Assembly: GCA_051313645.2 (NCBI GenBank)
Contig: JBNRSN020000007.1
Span: 98,766,001-98,830,000, forward strand
DNA: 64,000 bases
Origin: Centroscyllium fabricii
Taxonomy: Eukaryota
Direction: 5' to 3'
The position numbers and the translations under genes are program-made. Positions 24,184 to 34,476 of the stretch are shown piece after piece (within the stretch, counting starts at the first letter, position 1; the number at the start of each line of letters is the position of its first letter). The notes under the pieces were generated by a model. It did not search any database. It worked only from the letters and a program-made list of their open reading frames with translations, and had not been told where the DNA came from.

Positions 24184-25137
24184 CTAATCCTGATCCAGGC
24201 TGCAGCGCGCCGCTGTCTGTGGCTTGGCCGCGCTGCCTGCATCCTTTGAAGTGCCGCAGCCTGTGGCTGCCTGCCAGTGACCATCTTCCTTTCTCCAACC
24301 CAACAAACTGCCTGTCGCTGGGGCCCCGTACCATTCCGGCCAAAGCTTCCTCAGTTGAGGTATCCTGCTGGACCTACGGAGAGTCACCTCAGGCACGGCC
24401 CCCTGGGCAGCCCGGTTGAGGACAGGTTCCCGCCGTGCCGCAGCTCGGGTGAACCCCGCAGCTGCCGACCCCGGCCCTTCCTCATCCAGCACTACCCCCT
24501 TGGGGTTGGGTATATCCGCGGCTTCCGACCTCACCCTGTCTGTGACAGGTGGTGAGTCTCCGCCCGCTACCCCCGCCTCCCTGGTGCTTGAGTCGAGGAT
24601 GCTCTCGTCATCCCCCTCCGACTCCCACTCCTCCGTCATGAGATTCAGCCCCAGACCGAGCTGATCAGGCTCGTCTTCGTCTGAGTCCCATCCAAACCGG
24701 GACGCCCTCCATTGCTGGGAAACGTCTTCCTCCTTTCCCCTCACGCAGGCAGCTTTACCCACCTGCGTGACCTTCCTCATTTTTGGCTGTGATTCTCTAT
24801 CCACAGGGCTTGCCCCTGTGACTGACCCCTGTTTTACCTGCTGCAGCTGACCTGTTGCAGCCTTTGAGGTTTTAAACTCCCTTTTGACTTCAGCTGCCTG
24901 GGTTTTTGCCTCCAGGCTAAACAGCTTGCACCTGCTGTGAAGCATTTTAAAAACCTTGAGTTCTTCCTCTAAACTGCTAGCTTTTGCCGCTAGCCTGTCA
25001 TTCTCTTTCCTTAAAGCCCGTTCCACGACCTGAGCTCCTGCAACCTGGCACCCCAGGAAGTCCTCCAAATTACCGGAGGTCTCTTCCTCTGCATGTCTTT
25101 CCGAGGGAACCGGGTTGACAGGCTGCGCGGGCTCCAG
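24184..25137 (-). CDS. ORF2: coiled-coil plus acidic/disordered protein in frame after the gag TGA (possible readthrough extension)
   Basis: Open from 25137 to the stop at 24184 in the gag frame; no protease, RT or integrase catalytic motifs. Confidence 0.6.
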   Translation of the reverse strand: MEPAQPVNPVPSERHAEEETSGNLEDFLGCQVAGAQVVERALRKENDRLAAKASSLEEELKVFKMLHSRCKLFSLEAKTQAAEVKREFKTSKAATGQLQQVKQGSVTGASPVDRESQPKMRKVTQVGKAACVRGKEEDVSQQWRASRFGWDSDEDEPDQLGLGLNLMTEEWESEGDDESILDSSTREAGVAGGDSPPVTDRVRSEAADIPNPKGVVLDEEGPGSAAAGFTRAAARREPVLNRAAQGAVPEVTLRRSSRIPQLRKLWPEWYGAPATGSLLGWRKEDGHWQAATGCGTSKDAGSAAKPQTAARCSLDQD

Positions 25138-26904
25138 TCACTGGGGAATGTCCGGTGTCCCCCCCGCACCCGGGGAGCCGGTGGCGACTGCAACCTTCCC
25201 TTGTGCTTCCATGAGGGACCGCATCACCTCGATCATTGACTCCAACGTTTCGGGCTTAACGGCTATCTCAGCGCGCGGAGCGGGGTTGGCCCTAACCTCC
25301 TTGGGGAAAGCCCTGCAGTCTTTCCTCCAGTGCCCCACCTTACCGCACCTAAAACACTTGGACTGTGTGGCAGGGTTGCCCTCCTGACGCCATTCCTTCG
25401 GGGCCGATGTAACGGCCTCCGCTACGTGCACCTTCCCCTTGACCGACTTGGTGGCGGTGCTCCGGGTGTTCCGATACCCCACGGTGAGGCGGTCCAAAAC
25501 CGCGTCCTCCGTGGTGTTCGTTGGGTCGAACCAGGCTTTCGCCTGCTCCCGGACAGCTGCTAGGCTGTTCGTTACCAAGCACCGAAGCCACTGCGCCCTA
25601 ACATTCCCGACCAGGGCATCCCGGTTCGGGACCTGCGGGCAGCTACGTTGGTAGACCGGCCACAGTCTCGCCGCAAAAACCCTCGGAGGTTCTCCCTCCA
25701 TCTGGAGAGTTTTCCCCAAGCGGGCAAATGGACCCTCATCGTCCGTGCCTAAAACCTCCAGAACCTCTTCCCTTAACTGTTCGTAGGTTCTGGTACCCCG
25801 TTTGCTCTCATCACTGAGGCACTGAAGGAGTGAGTAGTCCAGGGAGAACAATAGCATCCTCGCCTGCTCCCCCTCGTCGCAACCATTGATTGCGGCGGTC
25901 TGCTCAACCTCCTGAAAATGCAGTGAAGGGTCCCCCGATTCGGACAGCTTCTTGACTTGCCCGACCATGGACCTCAACTGCTGGGCGCTGTGGGGCACTA
26001 TAATCTGACTTTGGACAGGCCCGGGATCCCCGTTCGCTGCGTCGGGTCCCCGCCTGGTCTCCAGCAATGGACACATCGGTGCCTGCGCCGGTTCCCTGGC
26101 CGGTCCCCACCCCTGCTCACTCTCCCCAGCGCCCCCCTTCTCCCAGGAAGCCTCATAGCTGGGGGGATCGTGATACGTGGGGGCCGAAGCCACCACGGGC
26201 ATGCACGGACCCCTTGCTGGAACCCTTGCTGCTGCCAGTGATGATCCCGCTGCGGGGTTCATAAGGCAGACCAACCCACTAGCCCTATCTAAGGCGCTGC
26301 GCAGGCTTTCGATCTCCTCCCTACAAGCCCCGTGATCAGCCCCTTCGGACCGATCCTCCAAAGCCATTTTATAGGCTGCTTTAACCCCCCGGAGAGTCTC
26401 CCCTGTGGCTCCCAACTGTTGGTCTAGGCCGGCACACCGCTGCCTAATTGCGCCCTCACTGAGCTTAGCGTCAGTGATCTGGCACTCCAACAGTTCAACC
26501 TTGGCCTCATATCGGTTGACCAAAACCCGGCGCTCCTTGTTCAAGGAGTCCAGGGCCTCGATCAACTGGAGCCCTCCCTCAGCCTTTTCACTCACCTCCT
26601 CACGGAGGTTCCCTATCTGGGCTGCCTGCGCTGCCACTACACGGTCCAGGAGCTGGACCTGCTTCTTGTAGCACGACAGCCAGACGGCCTTTTCTACCAA
26701 TTTCTTGTGCGCCTTGCTGGACGTCCACCGGATCGCTGCATCCAGTGGGCGCTTGTCTTCCAGCAACTCACACATCCATGGCTTGGTCAGATTGACCTTG
26801 CTGAACACATAGTCGGCCATGCGTTCATCTATCATATCCCTAGTTCTTACAACCGTTTCTGGCACACTATCATCCTGTTGCCAGTGTCCCTTCGTGGACG
26901 CCAT
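25138..26904 (-). CDS. gag: Gag, 588 aa, intact
   Basis: N-terminal coiled coil, PPSY late-domain-like motif, helical capsid-like region, CCHC knuckle CFRCGKVGHWRKDC. Confidence 0.88.
   Translation of the reverse strand: MASTKGHWQQDDSVPETVVRTRDMIDERMADYVFSKVNLTKPWMCELLEDKRPLDAAIRWTSSKAHKKLVEKAVWLSCYKKQVQLLDRVVAAQAAQIGNLREEVSEKAEGGLQLIEALDSLNKERRVLVNRYEAKVELLECQITDAKLSEGAIRQRCAGLDQQLGATGETLRGVKAAYKMALEDRSEGADHGACREEIESLRSALDRASGLVCLMNPAAGSSLAAARVPARGPCMPVVASAPTYHDPPSYEASWEKGGAGESEQGWGPAREPAQAPMCPLLETRRGPDAANGDPGPVQSQIIVPHSAQQLRSMVGQVKKLSESGDPSLHFQEVEQTAAINGCDEGEQARMLLFSLDYSLLQCLSDESKRGTRTYEQLREEVLEVLGTDDEGPFARLGKTLQMEGEPPRVFAARLWPVYQRSCPQVPNRDALVGNVRAQWLRCLVTNSLAAVREQAKAWFDPTNTTEDAVLDRLTVGYRNTRSTATKSVKGKVHVAEAVTSAPKEWRQEGNPATQSKCFRCGKVGHWRKDCRAFPKEVRANPAPRAEIAVKPETLESMIEVMRSLMEAQGKVAVATGSPGAGGTPDIPQ
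26886..26903 (-). promoter_or_regulatory. Primer-binding site, tRNA-Arg(TCG) type
   Basis: TGGCGTCCACGAAGGGAC, 5 nt after the LTR; 17/18 to TGGCGACCACGAAGGGAC, the complement of vertebrate tRNA-Arg(TCG) 3' end as recalled. Confidence 0.8.
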
Positions 26905-26908
26905 AATC

Positions 26909-28322
26909 TGTAAGGGGTTTGGCAGCCGGCCTTCTCCAGGCTCGACCTAGAGTCCCTGCGCCTTGCCTTGGTCCCGCGACCAGGCCTCGCACACCGGGTC
27001 CCTGTGAGCGGTTCGAAACGCTCCCCCCTACGGTTCTCGACACTGGGCTTATGTACAGGAGTTGTGATAGTGTAGGTAATTCCTGCCAGAACAGAGTTCC
27101 AAGAGACCAGAGATGTGATGTTTAAAACACAGTTCTTTATTACACATTCAATACTTTACAAAAGTAGAACCAAACGTTAATCATTGTTAAAACAGGATGG
27201 AGAGGGTACGACACAACGTAACATTGGGCAAACATTAAACAGCTACACCCCAATATGCTTCCACGACACCCACCCTCCACTTCCTACACTATCCTATGTC
27301 CAGACGTGCAGAAGCGGAACACCATACTCACCATGGGCTATGTTTACTGGGGGTTCGGGGTTCGTTGGTTGCACCTCCTTCGTCCTTCGATTAGGTAGCT
27401 GTGGAAGGGGCTCTCTCTCTCTCTCGCTCTTCCGCCTTCCTGGCTTCCTGGCACCGACTTCTGATGCAGGCAAGCACTTTTCTAGCTGATCTCTAACCGA
27501 GTGCACCTTTCTTTCTGGTTCAGACCTCCACTGCTTCTCTCCAGCTCTTACTTTTAAATCGATACTGTTACTGTTTCTGGCTATTAACTGCCATCAGCTC
27601 TTTGCTTGAGCTCTCGTTCTTCAGTTCGTCAGCCTGTTAGCTTCCTAGCTCATCAGTTCCCCTCTGTCCGACTCCCTCTGTCCGTTGTGTTTTCTTAGTT
27701 CAAAACCCTGGGCCGTTATACCCCCGCACCTCGCGCTTATCTGCGCGCCAGATCTAGAGTGCCCTTTTGTCTTTAAGTGAGGTTAGATCTGTTCTTTTCT
27801 GTTCTGATGGTCGCCTAACAGACTGGTAATCTCCTGACCACCTGTAAACGTTTTTCCTGTTAAGCGATCTCTGTGCATAAGCTTTTTCCCATCACCTGCC
27901 CTCGGGTTTCTATGGGCCTTTTGTTTTAGTTGACGAGGTTACCTCGGTGCCCCTTGTCCATCTGCTGGACACCGGCGCCTCCCAGTCTGGGGACTCGATC
28001 TCATTATGTGGGCTATTCATGACCAATATCCAAAGTCTATCTGGTCATGATTTTGCAGAAAATGTGTGTGTGGGGCTGTTTTAGCTTCACTCTGCCAGGC
28101 TGATCACGTGGTCAGCAAAGCCATTTTGTGGCCCCTGCTTGTGTCTGGTTTTCTTTTAAAAGTCTCTGGCTATGGCCCTTTTCCCTGGTACAGAGCCACA
28201 TCTCCGTACCCAGGGTGCCCCCACATTATCGGTTTTAACAAAAGCATGTTGCTTGCAGTTCTGTGTTATGAAAAGTGTTGACAGTAGTTCTGGATCCGGG
28301 AAACATCAGCTCAAATCTTACA
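26909..28322 (-). repeat. 5' LTR of the gag/env element
   Basis: Direct repeat of 19768-21181, followed by the PBS and gag. Confidence 0.95.
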
Positions 28323-28496
28323 GTCGGTCAGACCACACCTATACCGGGGCCTCAGCTGGGGGAGGAGTCGGGGGTGTGGCTGACCTGGCTCCCAACAGAG
28401 TCACAGTAAACAGGGCTGTGCCTAACATCTGCACAGCCCATCATTAGCCATGGTGATACAGTGGTATAACTGATATAGAACGGTTACCACAGGCTC

Positions 28497-28810
28497 GGAG
28501 GCGCGAGGCTGTGCTCCGAGTGGCGAGGCTGGGCTGGGCTCGGAGAGTTTGGGCTGGGTTGGGCTTGGAGAGGCTGAGTGGGGCAGGGTTTGGAGAGGCG
28601 GGGCTGGGCTCGGAGAGGCTGGGCTGGGCTCGGAGAGGCGAGGCTGGGGTTGGAGAGGTTGGGCTGGGCTCGGAGAGGCGAGGCTGGGTTCGGAGAGGCT
28701 GGGTGGAGCTGGGCTCGGAGAGGTTGGGCTGGGCTCGGAGAGGCGAGGCTGGGTTCGGAGAGGCTGGGTGGAGCTGGGCTCGGAGAGGCTGGGCGGGGCT
28801 CAGAGGGCCA
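28497..28810. repeat. GC-rich minisatellite inside the MITE
   Basis: Variants of ggctgggctgggctcggagag in tandem. Confidence 0.85.
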
Positions 28811-29116
28811 GTGAATGATCTGCACATGCGCTCACCGTTTGGTGGCGCATGCGCAGATCAATCATCGAAGCATCAATCGCGGTGGCCATTTTGCGCATGC
28901 GCGGCGCAGTCGGGGAAATTATTGCCGGACGTTCGAAGCTGCCTTTTTTTGGGTAACGGATTACTGGTGCTCAACCTGTACTAACCTTTTATTCCAGATT
29001 TATTTAACTAACTGAATTTAAATTCCACAGGTGCCGTGGTGGGATTTGAACTCATGTCTCCAGATCATTAGTCCAGGCCTCTGGATTACTAGTCAGTAAT
29101 ATAACCACTATGCTAC

Positions 29117-32100
29117 TGTAACCTTCAATTACGTTCTCGGAGTCGAGTAGTAGATTAGAACAATCAGGCTTTTATTCACTACAGTTAGATTACACACCAG
29201 CAAGCTGACTGTCCCCTGGAATGGCACGGGGGATGGGGGCAGTCACTTATATACCTCCTCCAGCGGGGGAGGAGTCGTGGGCGGAGCCGGGAATGTTCCA
29301 GGTATCATCTCGCAGTGGAATACAGTACAGGTATAGGTTACATGGTGATACATGGTGATTAGCTATATACAGTGATATACACGTTTATCACATTCACCCC
29401 TTCTTTAAAACGAAAGTACAGCGGGGTGAAAAAGACTAATAATTACAAGAATGATCACAGGGAAAAAAAAAATATATTACAAACAGGGTTCTTATGACTA
29501 CAGGTTTAGTCTATCAGGCGGTTTCGTTGTCCGCGTTGATCTTCGCACCGCTGGTGGTGCCTGTGGTGTTCGTGGTCGTGGAGCGGCTGGTTGTGTCGGT
29601 TGCTCCATTGATGCCGGTCGACTAGTGGTGGTTGTTGTATTATTTCTGGGTGGCAGTGGTGCCCTTATTCTGACAGCAGGGGGCGCGTTCTCTCCTTCGT
29701 CCTCTGACTCTAGGGGGCGCGCGTTGTGGATCCAAGCTTGGGGCCCGGTCGTGCTGCTCGCAGGTGCCTTGTGGACATACTGGGGTACTGGGCCCACGTG
29801 TCGGGGTGTGTACTTCGGCTTCGGCGGCATGGGGAGCGTCACAGGATGTTTTGGGTGCGCGGCCTGCTGGGCGGGGCTTCTTTGGAGCTCGGGCTGCCTG
29901 GCGGGGCTGGGTTTTGGGACTCCTGCTGGGGCTAGGTCCTTTATGGACACGGTGTCCTCCCTCCCGTCGGGGAACGCTATGTAAGCGTACTGGGGATTGG
30001 CGTGCAGGAGGTGGACCCGTTCGACTAGGGGGTCTGCCTTGTGTCCCCTCACATGCTTCCGAAGCAGGACCGGTCCCGGAGATAGTAGCCACGATGGTAG
30101 CGAGGTCCCGGAAGCTGACTTCCTGGGGAAGGCAAAAAGTCTTTCGTGAGGGGTGGCATTGGTGGCAGTACACAGGAGGGACCGGATGGAGTGGAGTGCT
30201 TCAGGGAGAACGTCCTGCCATCGGGTGACTGGGAGGTCTTTAGACCGTAGGGCTAACTGGATGGCTTTCCAGACCGTGGCGTTCTCCCTCTCTACCTGTC
30301 CGTTCCCCCGGGGGTTGTAGCTGGTAGTCCTGCTAGTCGCGATGCCTTTCGCTAGCAGGAACTGGCGCAGCTCGTCGCTCATAAAAGAGGCCCCCCGGTC
30401 ACTATGGATATAGTTGGGGTACCCGAACAGGGAGAAGATGCTACTGAGAGCCTTGATGACGGTGGCGGAGGTCATGTCCTGGCAGGGGATGGCGAAGGGG
30501 AAGCGGGAGTACTCGTCGATGACGTTGAGGAAGTACACATTCCTATTGGATGAGGGAAGGGGTCCTTTGAAATCGACACTGAGTCGTTCAAAGGGGCGAG
30601 TGGCCTTAATCAAGTGCGCCGGTCTGGCCGGTAAAAGTGCGGCTTGCACTCCGCGCAGACCTGGCAGTTGCTGGTCATGGTCTTGACCTCCTCGATAGAG
30701 TAGGGGAGGTTGCGGGACTTAACAAAGTGAACCAACCTGGTGACCCCCGGGTGGCAGAGGTCATTGTGAAGGGTTTGGAGACGGTCAGCCTGTGCGCTGG
30801 CACAGGTACCGCGGGATAGGGCGTCTGGGGGTTCGTTAAATATCCCGGGCCGGTACAAGATATCATAATTGAACGCGGATAGTTCAATTCTCCACCTCAA
30901 TATCTTGTCGTTCTTGATTTTACCCCGTTCCTTGTTATTAAACATGAATGCGACTGATCGTTTGTCAGTCAGTAGGGTAAAACGTTTGCCGGCCAGGTAG
31001 TGCTTCCAGTGCCGCACTGCTTCAACAATGGCCTGGGCCTCCTTTTCAACTGAGGAATGGTGGGTTTCGGGGCCTTGGAGGGTACGTGAAAAGAAGGCCA
31101 CGGGTCTGCCCGCCTGGTTAAGGGTGGCGGCCAGGGCAAAGTCCGATGCATCGCTCTCTACCTGAAATGGGACGGACTCATCCACAGCGTGCATCGTGGC
31201 TTTGGCAATATCGTTTTTAATTCTGCAGAATGCCGAGTTGGCTTCTGCAGAAAGTGGAAAAGAGGTCGATTTAAGTAGTAGGCGAGCTTTGTCCGCATAA
31301 TTGGGGACCCACTGGGCATAATACGCGAAAAATCCCAAACACCGTTGAAGAGCTTTGGGGGTGTGGGGGAGGGGAAGCTCCATGAGGGGGCGCATGCGGT
31401 CCGGGTCTGGACCGATGACTCCATTCTCCACCACGCTGCCGAGGATGGCCAGGCGGGTGGTGTTAAACACACATTTCTCCTTATTGTATGTTAAGTTCAG
31501 GGTTTTGGCCGTGTGGAGAAATTTTTGGAGATTGGCGTTATGGTCCTGCTGATCATGGCCGCAGATGGTCACATTATCAAGATACGGGAAAGTGGCTCGC
31601 AGCCCGTACCGATCAACCATTCGGTCCATCTTCCTCTGGAAGACCGAGACCCCGTTCGTGACGCCAAACGGAACCCTAAGGAAGTGGTAGAGGCGACCGT
31701 CAGCCTCGAAGGCTGTATAAGGACGGTCCTCTGGGCGGATGGGGAGCTGGTGATAAGCCGATTTTAGATCAATCGTGGAGTACACTTTAAACTGGGCGAT
31801 TTGGTTCACCATGTCCGCTATCCGGGGGAGGGGGTAGGCATCTAGTTGGGTGAACCGGTTTATGGTCTTGCTGTAGTCCACCACCATCCTATTCTTCTCC
31901 CCGGTTTTAACTACTACTACCTGCGCTTTCCAAGGGCTATTACTGGCCTCTATGACCCCCTCTTTTAGGAGGCGCTGCACCTCAGATTTTATAAATACCA
32001 TGTCCCCAGCACTGTAGCGCCTACTTTTGGTGGTGACGGGCTTATAGTCTGGGGTGAGGTTGGCAAAGAGAGATGGAGGGGCAACCTTAAGGGTTGAGAG

Positions 32101-33758
32101 GCCACAGGTAGTGTACTAGGGGTACCGCCTTGAGCCGCGGTTTCTGACCGTGAGTGAGGGAAGGGATCCGCCGAATGCCATCGTAACGCTCTGAAGGTGG
32201 CACTGAAAATCCAGTCCCAGGAGTAGGGGGGCGCAGAGCTGCGGCAGCACGTAAAAACTAAAGTCGTTAAACATTGCGCCCTGTACATTAAGCGTTACAA
32301 TACAGCGCCCGGTGACGTCAGCGGATTCCGACTTGGACGCCATCGATATTCTCTGGCGCGCAGGGATTACTCTAAGGGAGAGGCGCTTTACAGTATTTTG
32401 GTGAATAAAACTTACTGTGCTCCCACTGTCGAACAGGCACACCACTTCTTCCCCGTTGACTTCCACCGGCATCATCGATTTCTCCAGTGGTTGAATCTTC
32501 CTCTGGTCTAGGCTCATGGATGCTAACACCGGGTCCTCCGAGTTGTCTTGATCCGGAGAGTAGTCCTCCAAGTCTGCTCCCCAAGATGGCTGCCGCCATG
32601 TGGTGTACTGTGGAGGTGGAGGCTGAGTCCAAGATGGCCGCTGTTGCTGCTGCTGCCACGAGGGCTGCTGAGTGGGGGATGGGTGAGCCCAATATGGCTG
32701 CTCCCCTGTTCTACACGCGGCACTGCCCAGTTTGGATTTTGCGCTAGTGTTTTTACAGACCTTCGCATAATGTCCCTTCTTGTCGCATTTTGAGCAGGTC
32801 GCTTCTCTAGCAGGGCAGCTGCGTCTTGAGTGCTGAGGTTGTCCACAAAAGTAGCATTTAGCTTTAGCGTGGGCAGCTGTGAGTAATTCTTCTGCCGGTC
32901 GTTGCGCCAGCACTGTCCAAGATTGCGGGGCTGGGCCCGTATAGTTACTTGAATATGAGGATAGGTCCATTGATGCGCTATCCAGCGCGTGCCCCAAGTC
33001 TGTAGTCGCCTGTAAGTCCTGGCCGTTCTGCTCCAGCAGTCTCTGCCTGGCATAGTCCGATTTTAGGCCTGTTACATAGGCGTCTCGGATGAGGCTCTCT
33101 ACATGGACTTGAGCCGTTTGCGCTCTGCAGTCGCAGTCCCGTGCCAGAATTCTGAGGGCTCTTAGGACTCGTTATTTTGTTGCTTCCTGGTGGCGAGTAT
33201 ATGTCTCGCGTGGACTATGTTTGGTGCCCGATTATATTCCGTCTCGAGGATCCTGATGGCCTCTTGGAACGATGGGGCGTCCACTATCATCGAGTACACT
33301 TGAGGGCCCACCCGGGCATGGAGGAGTCGCCGTTTTTGCTCCTCGGTCACTATGACCGCCGCGTTGGCTCTGATGTACCCTTCGAGCATGTTTCGCCAGT
33401 GTGAGAAGGCGTTCGATGCTCCTGAAGATCGGGGATCAACTTCGAACACTGCTGGTTTAAGCATTGTGGTATCCATTTTACAGTAGTGAATAAAATTGTA
33501 ACCTTCAATTACGTTCTCGGAGTCGAGTAGTAGATTAGAACAATCAGGCTTTTATTCACTACAGTTAGATTACACACCAGCAAGCTGACTGTTCCCTGGA
33601 ATGGCACGGGGGATGGGGGCAGTCACTTATATACCTCCTCCAGCGGGGGAGGAGTCGTGGGCGGAGCCGGGTATGTTCCAGGTATCATCTCGCAGTGGAA
33701 TACAGTACAGGTGATATATGGTGATTAGCTATATACAGTGATATACACGTTTATCACA
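29117..33758 (-). mobile_element. Gypsy element E (YLDN family, divergent subfamily); LTRs 29117-29392 and 33497-33758
   Basis: Perfect 5-bp TSD gctac (29112-29116 / 33759-33763); LTRs differ by a 14-bp indel and a few substitutions; PPT aagaaggggtgaa. Confidence 0.93.
29498..33476 (-). pseudogene. gag-pol: gag-pol of element E with about three frameshifts
   Basis: ORFs 33162..33476 (gag), 32116..32997 (knuckles, FDSGS protease), 30610..32001 (RT YLDN, RNase H), 29498..30649 (integrase). Confidence 0.9.
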
Positions 33759-33982
33759 GCTACCATTCCCGCTAAATGAAGGGACATTCCCCATCCCTGC
33801 TGATTTTGGCAGGGTCAGTGGCGAGGTCCAGGGTGGGCACACGGCAAGACTGAAGACAAGATGCGCCGCCTTGTGGATTTTCAATGCCAGTAACTTTAAA
33901 TATATCAAAACTGATCAGTTCAGGTATAGCTCAACCTGAACTTTACAAGTATAAGCTGATGAGAGAGATCATCATCTCATTA

Positions 33983-34349
33983 CACAGAAAATAGGAGCAG
34001 GAGTAGGCCATTCGGCCCTTCGAGCCTGCTCTGCCATTTTGACGAGATCATGGCTGATCATCCAAACCCAGCACCCCCCTCCTACCCTCTCCCCATATCT
34101 CCCCGACACCCCCAACTCTAAGAACTATATCTCACACACATATTCATGGGTAATTTTAGTATCTCCAATTCACCTAACCTGCATGTCTTTGGGTGGTGGG
34201 AGGAAACCGGAGTACCCGGAGGAAACCCACACAAACACAGGGAGAACATGCAAACTCCACGCAGAGAGGTCCCAGGCCAAGCACGATTCGAACCCAGGAG
34301 CTCCTTATTGCGAGGCAGCAGGGCTAACCACTGCGCCACCGTGTCATCC
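33983..34349 (-). mobile_element. V-SINE (HE1-like) with tRNA-derived head and CR1-type tail
   Basis: ggtggcgcagtggttag A box, ggttcgaatc B box, V-domain gtggagtttgcatgttctccc...gggtttcctccggg; tail shared with the CR1 3' UTR. Confidence 0.85.
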
Positions 34350-34360
34350 AAAAATGTCTG

Positions 34361-34476
34361 TGTCAGAAGTGGGATTCAAACCCACGCCTCCAGTTGGAGA
34401 CCAGAATGCCCCGGCTTGTTTGCGGAAGGACTTTATTCCTTGAGTCTGGCGCCTTAGACCACTCGGCCATCCTGAC
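34361..34476 (-). tRNA. tRNA-Leu-CAA: tRNA-Leu(CAA) with a 32-nt intron (34407-34438); T-loop variant TTTGAA
   Basis: GTCAGGATGGCCGAGTGGTCTAAGGCGCCAGACTCAAG-intron-TTCTGGTCTCC..GGAGGCGTGGGTTTGAATCCCACTTCTGACA; T5 terminator 6 nt downstream. Confidence 0.92.

Larger units (their letters stand above)
19768..28322 (-). mobile_element. pol-less gag/env retrovirus-like element (tentatively lokiretrovirus-like)
   Basis: Two 1414-bp LTRs TGTAAG...CTTACA, about 9 substitutions by eye; PBS; PPT-like caggagggac; gag, ORF2 and env; inserted into the 5' LTR of D with an imperfect 4-bp TSD (ctca / gtcg; empty site ctcg). Confidence 0.9.
15027..28491 (-). mobile_element. Gypsy element D (YLDN family); 3' LTR 15027-15317, 5' LTR 19642-19767 plus 28327-28491
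   Basis: Perfect 5-bp TSD ggctc (15022-15026 / 28492-28496); near-identical LTRs; PPT aagaaggggtgaa. Confidence 0.93.
14816..28978. mobile_element. Tc1/mariner-type MITE split by Gypsy element D
   Basis: TIR caggttgagcaccgttaatc / gattactggtgctcaacctg; TA TSD; related uninterrupted copy at 36137-36570. Confidence 0.85.
14698..33770 (-). mobile_element. tRNA-derived SINE-like head in three pieces (33759-33770, 28981-29116, 14698-14815), joined to the LINE body at 14697
   Basis: After removing the inserts, the minus strand reads gggaatggTAGCATAGTGG (A box)...GAGTTCAAATCC (B box); pieces rejoin at the TA and gctac TSDs. Confidence 0.7.
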
